Source: an uncultured Hyphomicrobiales bacterium (GTDB lineage Bacteria > Bacteroidota > Ignavibacteria > Kapaibacteriales > UBA2268). Taken from it: a stretch of DNA of 64,000 bases. The stretch's first letter is position 1; each line of letters starts with the position of its first letter. Under the pieces are notes generated by a model that had not been told where the DNA came from, made no database searches, and saw only the letters and a program-made list of their open reading frames with translations. Location: NCBI GenBank assembly GCA_964513465.1, contig CAZEMR010000004.1, positions 550 through 64,549 of the forward strand, written 5' to 3'. Position numbers and translations under genes: made by a program. Positions 1-9,177 of the stretch are shown here, piece after piece.

Positions 1-2
1 CC

Positions 3-146
3 GGCGAATCATCGGATATGTGGCATACCTCTGTCGGCGCCGGGCTTTGGCTGCGGGTGATCGAGGATAAATACACCGTCTCCGCCTACCTGGCCAAAAG
101 CGATGAGCGCTGGGGAATTTACGCCGACATCGGATTCATGTTCTGA
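3..146 (+). CDS. 3' fragment (C-terminal 47 aa) of an outer-membrane beta-barrel protein; the gene starts upstream of the window
   Basis: Frame-3 translation '...GAGLWLRVIEDKYTVSAYLAKSDERWGIYADIGFMF*' has alternating hydrophobic residues and a terminal Phe, as in the C-terminal strand of Omp85/BamA-like or autotransporter barrels. Stop TGA at 144-146. Too short for the ORF track. Confidence 0.35.
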   Translation, partial: GESSDMWHTSVGAGLWLRVIEDKYTVSAYLAKSDERWGIYADIGFMF

Positions 147-171
147 TATATAACTAATAAATTGTGTGAAA

Positions 172-1713
172 TTATTTCCAGTACTGCCGGTCAAGACTGC
201 GGTATTGGATAGCCTCGCTGATATGCTCGGAGCGAATCTCGCCGGCGCCATCGAGGTCGGCGATCGTGCGGCCAAGCTTGATTATCCGGTCATAAGCCCG
301 TGCTGAGAATCCAAGCCGGGTTACGGCCATTTTGAGCAATTCGCGGGACTGCTCGTCAAGCTTGCAGTGTTTGCGGAGCGCTTTGGAGCTCATATCCGCA
401 TTTTTGTACATCCCCTTTTCGTCTTTGAACCGGTCCGCCTGAATTGCCCGCGCCCGAAGCACACGTTCGCGCACCTTCGACGAAGGCTCGCCGGTGCGGT
501 CTGACGAAAGCTCCTGATATTTTACCGCTGGAACTTCGACGTGGATGTCGATACGGTCGAGCAGCGGCCCGGAGATTTTGCCGGAGTAGCGTTGAATCTG
601 TTGCGGGGTGCAGGTGCATTCCTTGTTGGGGTCGCCGAAATTCCCGCAGGGACATGGATTCATCGAGCACACCATCATGAAATTCGCGGGGTATTCGACA
701 GTCATTTTTGTGCGGGAAATAATTATGCACTTCTCTTCGAGCGGCTGGCGCAGCACCTCGAGCACGTTCCTCGCGAATTCGGGCAATTCGTCCAGGAAAA
801 GCACGCCATGGTGCGCGAGCGAGATTTCACCCGGGCGAATTGCACTTACCCCGCCGCCGACGAGCGCGGCATTGCTTATCGTGTGGTGCGGTGCGCGGAA
901 CGGCCGCACGGTCACCAACGCGCGATCCGAAGGCAGAGTTCCGGCCACCGAGTGAATCTTTGTGGTCTCGAGCGATTCCCCCAGCGCTAGCGGCGGCAGA
1001 ATCGTGGGTATCCGCTTGGCGAGCATAGTCTTGCCCGAGCCGGGCGGCCCGATCATCAGCATGTTGTGGCCGCCTGCGGCAGCTACTTCGAGTGCGCGCT
1101 TGACGTTTTCCTGACCTTTGACGTCGGATAGGTCGAGTCCGGCGAGCTGCTCTTCGGCTTCGAACAATTTTTCGAGATCGACTTTGACCGGATCGAGCGT
1201 TGATTCGCCGTTGAGAAATTCGACGGCTTCAGTCAGATTTTTTACGGGATAAACGTCCAGCCCTTCGACCAGTGCGGCCTCCTCGGCATTCTGGGGAGGC
1301 AGCAATATGCGGCGGAACCCCTTTGCGGCGGCCTCGACCGCTATCGACAGCCCGCCATGAATGCTGCGGAGGTTGCCGTCGAGCGCGAGCTCTCCGAGGG
1401 CGATGACGTCGTCGAGATCGTCCGTCTGGAGCGTGCCGCTGGCCTTTAGCACCCCCAGCGCGATTGGCAGATCGAATGCGCTGCCCTCCTTGCGGATATC
1501 CGCCGGAGCGAGATTGACCGTAATTTTCTTTGTCGGGAAAATATATCCGGAATTTTTAATCGCCGCTGTGACGCGTTCGCGTGATTCCTTGACTGCGGAA
1601 TCGGGAAGCCCGACGATCGAAAATGCGGGAATTGCGTTGTCCAGATGGGTTTCAATTTCTACGATGAATGCATTTATTCCGAAGACAGATGCCGAATGGA
1701 GATGAGAATACAT
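172..1713 (-). CDS. comM: Mg-chelatase-like AAA+ ATPase YifB/ComM
   Basis: 513 aa. N-terminal Lon-like domain, Walker A 'MIGPPGSGKTMLAKR', 'HGVLFLDELPEF', C-terminal Mg-chelatase subunit ChlI-like region. Full-length YifB/ComM architecture. Confidence 0.9.
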   Translation of the reverse strand: MYSHLHSASVFGINAFIVEIETHLDNAIPAFSIVGLPDSAVKESRERVTAAIKNSGYIFPTKKITVNLAPADIRKEGSAFDLPIALGVLKASGTLQTDDLDDVIALGELALDGNLRSIHGGLSIAVEAAAKGFRRILLPPQNAEEAALVEGLDVYPVKNLTEAVEFLNGESTLDPVKVDLEKLFEAEEQLAGLDLSDVKGQENVKRALEVAAAGGHNMLMIGPPGSGKTMLAKRIPTILPPLALGESLETTKIHSVAGTLPSDRALVTVRPFRAPHHTISNAALVGGGVSAIRPGEISLAHHGVLFLDELPEFARNVLEVLRQPLEEKCIIISRTKMTVEYPANFMMVCSMNPCPCGNFGDPNKECTCTPQQIQRYSGKISGPLLDRIDIHVEVPAVKYQELSSDRTGEPSSKVRERVLRARAIQADRFKDEKGMYKNADMSSKALRKHCKLDEQSRELLKMAVTRLGFSARAYDRIIKLGRTIADLDGAGEIRSEHISEAIQYRSLDRQYWK

Positions 1714-1826
1714 TAATTCCTCAGATATTTATATATAAATATGGCCGGACGAAATATAATAATTTATTCGGATAAAATCATTATGATATACGCCCGGCCA
1801 TGTTTTATTTTAAAATTTTGCAAATA

Positions 1827-2642
1827 TTAATCTTTCTCTCGATTGCCGGCTACTTCCGGTGGGCGCGAGCGCCGGATCATGATTATACCCGTGATAATGA
1901 AAGGGATGCTCAGCCATTGCCCCATCTGAATTCCCAGCGGCGGAGCAAAATCGGCCTGCTGCATTTTGAAAAATTCAAGAAAAAATCGAGCCGAGAATAG
2001 TAGTATAAGAAACATCCCAGCCAGAATTCCACGAGGAGTTTTCTCTCCATGCTTTTTATAATATAACAGCAGGAACACAAAAATCGCGATATAGCTGATC
2101 GCTTCGTATAGCTGGGCCGGGTGGCGCGGAACGCTGTCGTAGCTGGCGAATACCACCGCCCAGGGCACGTCGGCAGGGTGGCCGAGTATTTCCGAATTCA
2201 TAAAATTGCCCAATCGGACAAATGCCGCTGCGAGCGCTACTGGCACCAGCAACCGATCGGCAGTCCACAGAAATGTTGCGCGTTTATTCGTAGCGGCGAA
2301 TATCCAGACTCCGAGCACAATTCCGATTGCAGCGCCGTGGCTGGCAAGCCCGCCCTCCCATATCATCAGTATTTTCATGGGATTGGCTAAATAATAATCG
2401 GGATTATAGAAAAAGCAGTGGCCCAGGCGCGCGCCAATTATGGTGGCGGCCACCATATAGACAGTAAGTGTATCGAGCTCTTTCTGCGAATGGCCTTCGC
2501 GCCGGAACATCCACCAGAGTATCTGGTAGCCGATGGCGAATCCGAGCGCAAAGAGCAGGCCGTACCAGCGTACAGTAATCGGCCCCACGCTGAAAAATTC
2601 GGGCGAGGCATCCCAGTATATCGATGCGATTAATGCTTCCAT
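1827..2642 (-). CDS. lgt: prolipoprotein diacylglyceryl transferase
   Basis: 271 aa polytopic membrane protein. Lgt signature 'GPITVRWYGLLFALGF' and conserved 'HPAQLYEA'. Confidence 0.9.
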   Translation of the reverse strand: MEALIASIYWDASPEFFSVGPITVRWYGLLFALGFAIGYQILWWMFRREGHSQKELDTLTVYMVAATIIGARLGHCFFYNPDYYLANPMKILMIWEGGLASHGAAIGIVLGVWIFAATNKRATFLWTADRLLVPVALAAAFVRLGNFMNSEILGHPADVPWAVVFASYDSVPRHPAQLYEAISYIAIFVFLLLYYKKHGEKTPRGILAGMFLILLFSARFFLEFFKMQQADFAPPLGIQMGQWLSIPFIITGIIMIRRSRPPEVAGNREKD

Positions 2643-2778
2643 ATTATAAAGTCGTGAAAATGAGGAAAATGATTTGTCAAAATTAGCAAAAAGCAGCGGT
2701 TCGTCAAATTTATTATTACAAAAAAAAGGAGCGGCCGGGTGGCCGCTCCCATGTGTCTTCGCCGTGTGGCGAGGGATA

Positions 2779-5700
2779 TTATTTAATCAGCACAACTTCC
2801 TGGGTCATTGTGTAGCTGCCTGTGCGGAGTATGATGATATACATACCCGAGGGCAGATCACTGCCGGAAAGCTGGAAGCTATGTGTGCCTGCCGAATAGG
2901 TGGCACCGTCGATAAGGCGCATCATTCTCTGGCCGGCCTGGTTGAGTACGTCGACTGTGACGCTCTGAGTAACCGGGATGGTGAAGGAGAGTTCTGCGAC
3001 TTCGCTGAACGGGTTCGGTACCGGTTCGTCGAAGATATAGCCGAGTTTGTGGAGGTCTTCCACTCCGACTTTACCGTCGATCGAGAACATACCGCTGCGG
3101 CTGTATTCCATCTGGGGATCGTTGTTCCAGATAGCGCGGACGATAGCTTCGTCTGTCTTATGCTCAGGAACAGCCCATCCGAAGGATTTAACTGCTGCGG
3201 GTATGTCTTTGCTGATTGACTGCCATGTCTGGCCGCCGTCTGCGCTCCACTGGAGGTCGAATCTATCGACATTGGATTTTGTCCAGCGGATTGCTTTTTC
3301 CTTGCCGCTATTGAGCACTTCGCCTGCCTGCGGATGTGTAATTGTAACATCGCCTGCAAGGATTCTGAACTGCGACGAGGTGGTGAGCACTTCGTTGGTA
3401 GTGGCGTTAACCATGCGGACTGCTGCCTGCTTGGTGTTAATCGCCGGTACTGTCCATTTGGTCTGGCCTTCTTTGGCATTGACTATTCCGGTTACGGGCG
3501 TCCATGCGTCAAGTCCGTTTTCGCTGAATTCGAAGCGGACGCTGACTGCTTCGTCATACGACCAGATGATGTGGTCGTCGGTGGCGCCTTTGTATACCGG
3601 ATCGCCAGCGCTCGGGCGTGTAATTTCGACAGGTGCGGGCTCGAGTACGAATGTGGCATCGCTGCGATCGATTTCGAGGTTGCCCTCTGCATCAACCATG
3701 CGAACAAGGCATTCGGTCGAGGTGACCTGCGGTGTTACCCAGCGGTAGCTTCTGGAGTTGATATCAACCGGATTAGGATTGATTCTGTCCCAGGTCTTGC
3801 CTGCGTCGAGCGAGAACTCAAGATAGACATTGCCGCTGACTGTGCCATTGGTGGCCCACTGAATTGTATTGGATTTGCCTGCTCTCCAGGTTTCTCCGCC
3901 GTTCGGAGCTGTGATGTTTGCATCTTTGCCCCAGTATGCCGGAGGAATATCGAGGAATGTACCATCGCCGGTTACAATGCGGCCGTCGACTGTATGGACG
4001 GATTCATTATACCAGTTGAATGTGTACATTTCCTGCGGGCGGATAACTTTGAATACCAGAGTACCGATATATGTATAATCGCTGGGTACGTTCTGGCCGG
4101 GGCCTTCGGTATAAGCGTCATACATAATTTCGATAGTACGGATGTTCGGGATAGGATCGACCGTATTCTTTGTCGGGCCGGTAGCTAATTTGCCATAGCC
4201 AAGGTCATTGTATCCTTCGCCGTCGTTGTCGAAAATGACCGTCTGCTCTTTGATCAGAGATTCGAATTTGAGCGATGCGGGATCATAATCGATTGCAAAT
4301 GTGGCATTTGCCAGTGCGAAAAGTTCGCCTGTGTTTTTGATGTAGAATGGTATTTCGATTGTATTGTTGTTGCGATTGACGCGTGTTCTTGCGCTGACTT
4401 CATAGCTTACATTGCTGAGCACTACGTCTTTTGCGTATTTCTCCACTCTGAGTCCGTCGTGGTGATATTCGCCGCCATTTGCGAGATAATTCTCCGCGCC
4501 GCGGATGAACATTTCGGAATATTCCGGATATTCGGGATGGACAACCGTCATCGGGTCGTCGGAGACGAGATAATCCAGAATGGGCGATTCTTCGACTGTT
4601 CCGTCGTCGAATTTATTGATGACGCTCAGATTGGTAAGCGACGAAACCTTGTTGGTGTTTCTGTCGACGATGGTACGGTCGTCGGCGTCGATGTTGCCGT
4701 CGCCTGTAACATCGCTGCTCATATTGCTGCCGCCAATGTCTGCGCGAACCTGTGCGCGGTCGGCTGCGTTAATCTGACCGTCTTTGTAAACATCGCCGCC
4801 GACCATTGCTGCTATAGCATTGGCGCTTCCGCCAGCCTGACCATTATTGAAGATCAGACCTGTGGCTGCGTATGCGGTCTGAGCGGGATCGGTTTCTGCG
4901 TTGCCCCATGCGGTGTATTTAGTGCCGTATGAAGGCGGAGTTGTCGATGCTTCTGCGTCTGTGATTATGTTGTCTACCACGCCGTCCCAGGTCTGGAAAT
5001 CCCAGCCGGATTCGACAACCCAGGTGCTGACATCGTCGCCCGAGTAGTAGAACGGAGCCGCATAAGCGGACATAATCGGCAGGTGGTTCAGATGCTCGAC
5101 CACTACAAAGTAATCATTATCTGAAATTTCTGTGAATACGAACGGAACGTTTGCGAATTCAGATCCGTCTGCGCCGCGGCCAACGCCTGCGGTCGGGTCG
5201 AGAGCTGTTGCATCGTTCGAATAGCCATTTGTGGATTCTGCTTCGGCAATGAGAACACCAGGCGTATTGGCATTGTCGCTGTAAAGCTTGATGCGGATAC
5301 CATTGTTGTCATATGTCGAGCCGATATCGTTCTGGATGGCTCCGGCCAGTCCTGTGTGATAGCCCTCGAGCAGTACGCGAACAGTAAAGTTACTCGGAGG
5401 AGTAATATTGAACAGGTCGCTTTCTGTTCTGAGTGTGGGCATATCGCCATTGGTGCCGTTTTCGTATTCAAATGTTGTGCCGTTGATTGTGGAGCGGCCC
5501 TGCAGACGCAGACGACCATTGGTCATAGTTGCTGCAATCTGGCCGTAGTCATTATATACACCGTCGTTGTTCAGATCCGGATCCGCTGCGGAAACATCCA
5601 GGCGTGCGCTGAACTGCGATTTGCTGGAGGTGCCGGGGAATTCGAAACTGTTATTGCCGGTGGGCAGAGTCATCGCATTCGGGTATGCCACCGAATATGC

Positions 5701-8700
5701 TTCACTTGTTACTGCCTGATAGGGCTGAATGATCATACCGCCGCCGCCAAGTACCGAATACTCGAGGTCTGCGTGTGTGGCGCCGCCGCTGCCATTAATA
5801 AATGTAGAAGCTGCATCATTACGGTTATAATCAAATCCTACCCAGCGTACCTGAAGGTCGTCTTCGGTATTAGGCACGGCCTGTTCGTATTCGGGCTTGA
5901 TAAGCTTAAGCAGCGGTTTGGTTGCTACATAAGAGAGTGTTCCGTTTTTCACGCGGCCGACAAGATCGTCGTCCACCGGATAAACCGGAATGCTGTTCTT
6001 GATACCGCTGTTTACGAATGCGCCGCCGTTCATCGAATATGCTGCAACCAGATATTTGGAATAATTGGTGCCGCCGAGGAGCGCCAGTTCGTCTGCACGA
6101 ATAGTAAGCGCGCCCTGGATGAACTCGGTCATTTCAGTAGGCTCGTTGCCGGTCGATTTCATGTTTGCCGGGTTGTTGTTCCAGAAACGTACTTCGCGGA
6201 GCTCGCCAACGAAGCCATGGCTGTCTGTACCCTCTTCATCGCTCGGCTCATAGCCGATGTACGAAGGATAATTGTTCTGCACGTCAGGAGCAACTCCTGT
6301 GGTCGATGAGAATTCCTGGCCGGTCTGAACTTCGCCGTCGATATAGAATCTGACGTCGTTGTCGTTGCCGTTACCAAGATTGAACCATACGCCGACGTGA
6401 GTCCAGACGGAGTCCATGCGCAGCAGGTTCGGGCGTTTCAGCGAATAGTCAGCATCGCTGGATGCGGTTGTGATGCCGGCCGGGCTGCCAACTGCGAACT
6501 GGATGGTTCCGTCGGCAAGCAGACGCAATGCATAATGCAGGCTGTCGCCGGTCATTGTGCTGTCTTTTTTGCTGACGATTGCGAAGTATTCCTCATCTTC
6601 CGTGGGGAATCTGTAGGGCTTAATCCATGCTTCGATGAAGCCGGTAGCGCCGGAAAGATTCAGCTCGGTATTCGAAGGAACTTCGACAAACGCACCGCCG
6701 GTGTTCTTAAGAGCGAAGTAAGGGGCAACTGTGAAATCGCCCGACATGCTCTCGATATCTTCCTGGCCGCGATCGGTCGTACCGGATACCTTCAGCTTAA
6801 CTGTTTTGGAATAATTAGTGCCGATCGGGACAAGACCCTGAAGGTCATCATCCTGGCCGGTGATAGTTACGTTGTTATAGGGTTCCCAAGTGGCATAGCC
6901 ATCTTCGATCTCGACGTTTGTCAGAGCAACAGAGGGAACCTGATTGTCGTTTGCGTCATAGTAGTTAGCTCCGCCGTCACGGCTGAACTGTACCATAATG
7001 TCGTCCGTATCCGGAGCTGTGCTGCCAAGGCCATAGCCTGCCCAGCGAACTTCGTAAACCACGTCGTCAACATTGCGCACACCCTCTCCGCCGATGGGCG
7101 AAGTAATGGTGATATGCGAGCGATCGGGGCGGTAGTTAATATTATTATTAACTGCCGATGCGCTGAGAGACGGGTCTTCGAAATAATTCAGCACTGTTGC
7201 GCCGTTCTGGTAATCAGTATCGTCGGCAACATCCGTGCGGATACCCTGGAATGTATAATAAAGTTCCAGGCCTGCGCGTTCATCGCCGTTAACCGGATTA
7301 ATGGATGCAACGTCTCCAGCCGGATCGTAGACGCCGCCGATATTCTGGCGAATTTCGTCCTGGCTGAGCGCATAGCGCCATACGGTTGCTTCTTTGATGC
7401 CTGCATGCAGGTAGTCGTCTTCTTCAATTTCGTCATTGGGATTGACACCGATCCAGATAGGATGGTTGGTCACCAGAAGACGAGGATCGACTGCGTAGTT
7501 ATTTGTATATTCGTCAACCATTTCGCCGTTTACATAGAGCGATACCACATTGTTCGAAACTGTGGCTGCGATATGCACCCAGTTGTTCGCATGAGCATCC
7601 TGGATTGGCGAAGCATCGCTGGTAGTCGAGAGCGCTGTCTGCGACTGTACCATGCCGATATAACCGCTCGGGCCGCGGCCTTCATTTTCGCGAGCACGGA
7701 ATGCCGGATACTGACCATCGGCCAGATAGAGCATCCATGCGCCTTCGGCTGCGCCTTCAGCAGGGCCGGCCGAATTAGCAACGATTGCCGGTTCGCCGTC
7801 TTCGTTGACGGAGTTCAGATTCACCCAAGCCATTACCGTAAGCTGGGTTGCCTGGCTGTAGTTGCTTGCAGTTCTGAAATATGAACTGGTGCCGTCGAGC
7901 TGTACAAAGAATAAGCGGCCAAGCACGAATGTTTCGTCGCTCTCATCTCTGCGGCAGTCGTCGGTATAGGCCGCACGAGTTGTGATTGCTTCGTCGGTGT
8001 CGGTTTCTGCAATCTGGCTGATCCGTATTTTACCATTTTCTGATCTGTAGGGGAAGTTTTCGCTGTTTTCCCAGATCACACGGATGACGCCGGAGTAATT
8101 AACGATCAGAGGATCGCCGTCGCCGTCAGTGATGTAGTATTCGCTAGTGGAACTGACAACGTCAATCTCGCCGGAAACATAATTGGCAACGTTAGCGCCC
8201 ATGGCTGTTTCGTCGTTGACTGTTTCGGCTACTCGGCCGATTGTGCTCCAGGAGCTTCCGCCATTGAGCGAATACTCGAGGAGATAAGCCACACTGCTTT
8301 CGCCATAATCATATGTACCGGTATTGATAATTCCACTTCTTTCGAAGTATACCGGATAGCCCTGATTCGGCGAAATCGAAGCATATGCCGGATCGGGATA
8401 TCTGTTGATTGCCTGAGTACCGCCATTGGGATTCAGGATTGTAATGCCGCGGATAACAAAGTCGTCGGGATCTACAAAGGATACCTGGTCGGTTATGTTA
8501 TTTCCGTCGGCGTCTGTAATTTCAATAGTGCTTACAAAATCAGCAGTATTAAAAGCAATTTCTGTCAGATCGGTGCAAGTAAGATTTGCATGATCCTGAA
8601 TATCGAATTTCAGCATACCGGCAAACGAACCTCTGCCGGATGACGACGGCTGATAGCCAATGCCGCCCATGTCAAGATTAACGTCTATCTGATATGTATA

Positions 8701-9117
8701 TACATGGTTGCCGCCCTGTTCGGCATCCGCAGGGGATGCGCCGAGCGCAGATGTATAGCCATAAGTCACATCGCTGAAAGGCGATGTAAAGGTAGTGTAT
8801 GCGTCTGTCTGGTTGATGTCGACATCCACGGAGTCCGTGCTTTCGTAGGCCTGATTGCCCTCGGGCGCAAGGAAGTCCGTATTATAGACAACAGAGATTG
8901 AAGCATTACCAAGATTGGGAGCATCGGTCGTCAGCGATTTGATCCAGAATTCCACGCCGATCTGGTCGCCCAAACGGCGCTGACGTGTGGATATTTCGTA
9001 GACGTCCTGGGCGTAAAGCTCTCCTGCCAGAAGGAAGAATCCTACCGCAAACCAGAGCAGCTGCCCCCACGAAAACTTTAATCCATGTTTTCTTGGTTTG
9101 ACAATTTTGGTTATCAT
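2779..9117 (-). CDS. giant (2112 aa) secreted cell-surface protein, T9SS cargo
   Basis: N-terminal signal peptide. Shared N-terminal domain with the 14056..21024 paralog. Two LamG/ConA-like modules (approx aa 395-590 and 800-985), BNR-like 'GGxxW/SxDxGxTW' Ig repeats, dockerin-like duplicated Ca-binding segment (aa ~1438-1495). Type-A CTD '...PVPNPFSEVAELSFTIP...GMYIIILRTGSYTMTQEVVLIK'. Confidence 0.85.
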   Translation of the reverse strand: MITKIVKPRKHGLKFSWGQLLWFAVGFFLLAGELYAQDVYEISTRQRRLGDQIGVEFWIKSLTTDAPNLGNASISVVYNTDFLAPEGNQAYESTDSVDVDINQTDAYTTFTSPFSDVTYGYTSALGASPADAEQGGNHVYTYQIDVNLDMGGIGYQPSSSGRGSFAGMLKFDIQDHANLTCTDLTEIAFNTADFVSTIEITDADGNNITDQVSFVDPDDFVIRGITILNPNGGTQAINRYPDPAYASISPNQGYPVYFERSGIINTGTYDYGESSVAYLLEYSLNGGSSWSTIGRVAETVNDETAMGANVANYVSGEIDVVSSTSEYYITDGDGDPLIVNYSGVIRVIWENSENFPYRSENGKIRISQIAETDTDEAITTRAAYTDDCRRDESDETFVLGRLFFVQLDGTSSYFRTASNYSQATQLTVMAWVNLNSVNEDGEPAIVANSAGPAEGAAEGAWMLYLADGQYPAFRARENEGRGPSGYIGMVQSQTALSTTSDASPIQDAHANNWVHIAATVSNNVVSLYVNGEMVDEYTNNYAVDPRLLVTNHPIWIGVNPNDEIEEDDYLHAGIKEATVWRYALSQDEIRQNIGGVYDPAGDVASINPVNGDERAGLELYYTFQGIRTDVADDTDYQNGATVLNYFEDPSLSASAVNNNINYRPDRSHITITSPIGGEGVRNVDDVVYEVRWAGYGLGSTAPDTDDIMVQFSRDGGANYYDANDNQVPSVALTNVEIEDGYATWEPYNNVTITGQDDDLQGLVPIGTNYSKTVKLKVSGTTDRGQEDIESMSGDFTVAPYFALKNTGGAFVEVPSNTELNLSGATGFIEAWIKPYRFPTEDEEYFAIVSKKDSTMTGDSLHYALRLLADGTIQFAVGSPAGITTASSDADYSLKRPNLLRMDSVWTHVGVWFNLGNGNDNDVRFYIDGEVQTGQEFSSTTGVAPDVQNNYPSYIGYEPSDEEGTDSHGFVGELREVRFWNNNPANMKSTGNEPTEMTEFIQGALTIRADELALLGGTNYSKYLVAAYSMNGGAFVNSGIKNSIPVYPVDDDLVGRVKNGTLSYVATKPLLKLIKPEYEQAVPNTEDDLQVRWVGFDYNRNDAASTFINGSGGATHADLEYSVLGGGGMIIQPYQAVTSEAYSVAYPNAMTLPTGNNSFEFPGTSSKSQFSARLDVSAADPDLNNDGVYNDYGQIAATMTNGRLRLQGRSTINGTTFEYENGTNGDMPTLRTESDLFNITPPSNFTVRVLLEGYHTGLAGAIQNDIGSTYDNNGIRIKLYSDNANTPGVLIAEAESTNGYSNDATALDPTAGVGRGADGSEFANVPFVFTEISDNDYFVVVEHLNHLPIMSAYAAPFYYSGDDVSTWVVESGWDFQTWDGVVDNIITDAEASTTPPSYGTKYTAWGNAETDPAQTAYAATGLIFNNGQAGGSANAIAAMVGGDVYKDGQINAADRAQVRADIGGSNMSSDVTGDGNIDADDRTIVDRNTNKVSSLTNLSVINKFDDGTVEESPILDYLVSDDPMTVVHPEYPEYSEMFIRGAENYLANGGEYHHDGLRVEKYAKDVVLSNVSYEVSARTRVNRNNNTIEIPFYIKNTGELFALANATFAIDYDPASLKFESLIKEQTVIFDNDGEGYNDLGYGKLATGPTKNTVDPIPNIRTIEIMYDAYTEGPGQNVPSDYTYIGTLVFKVIRPQEMYTFNWYNESVHTVDGRIVTGDGTFLDIPPAYWGKDANITAPNGGETWRAGKSNTIQWATNGTVSGNVYLEFSLDAGKTWDRINPNPVDINSRSYRWVTPQVTSTECLVRMVDAEGNLEIDRSDATFVLEPAPVEITRPSAGDPVYKGATDDHIIWSYDEAVSVRFEFSENGLDAWTPVTGIVNAKEGQTKWTVPAINTKQAAVRMVNATTNEVLTTSSQFRILAGDVTITHPQAGEVLNSGKEKAIRWTKSNVDRFDLQWSADGGQTWQSISKDIPAAVKSFGWAVPEHKTDEAIVRAIWNNDPQMEYSRSGMFSIDGKVGVEDLHKLGYIFDEPVPNPFSEVAELSFTIPVTQSVTVDVLNQAGQRMMRLIDGATYSAGTHSFQLSGSDLPSGMYIIILRTGSYTMTQEVVLIK
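4633..4806 (-). other. dockerin type-I-like duplicated Ca-binding module inside the 2112-aa protein
   Basis: 'GGDVYKDGQINAADRAQVRADIGGSNMSSDVTGDGNIDADDRTIVDRNTNK'. Two 'DxxxDGxIxxxD' loops each followed by a helix, matching the cohesin-binding dockerin consensus (DVNxDGxVNxxD...). Confidence 0.6.
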
Positions 9118-9177
9118 AGCTTAAACCCTTTATTAATTATAAATATTTAATTTCTTTCTGCTCTACATTTACTATGA

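Noticed and set aside
9-275. 88-aa minus-strand ORF at the window start
   Set aside because: It overlaps both the comM 3' end and the plus-strand beta-barrel gene fragment. Translation is Ala/Ser/Pro-rich without features.
1714-1826. Imperfect long-loop inverted repeat (GGCCGGACG...CGCCCGGCC) between lgt and comM
   Set aside because: Arms have a mismatch, the loop is ~40 nt, and there is no U-run. Not a convincing terminator or riboswitch.
5356-7884. Long plus-strand ORFs (317 aa at 5356..6309, 495 aa at 6397..7884) inside the 2112-aa minus-strand gene
   Set aside because: They are antisense to a clearly homologous, domain-rich coding frame in high-GC DNA. Translations are Cys/Arg/Val-rich with no recognizable motifs. 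Typical shadow ORFs.
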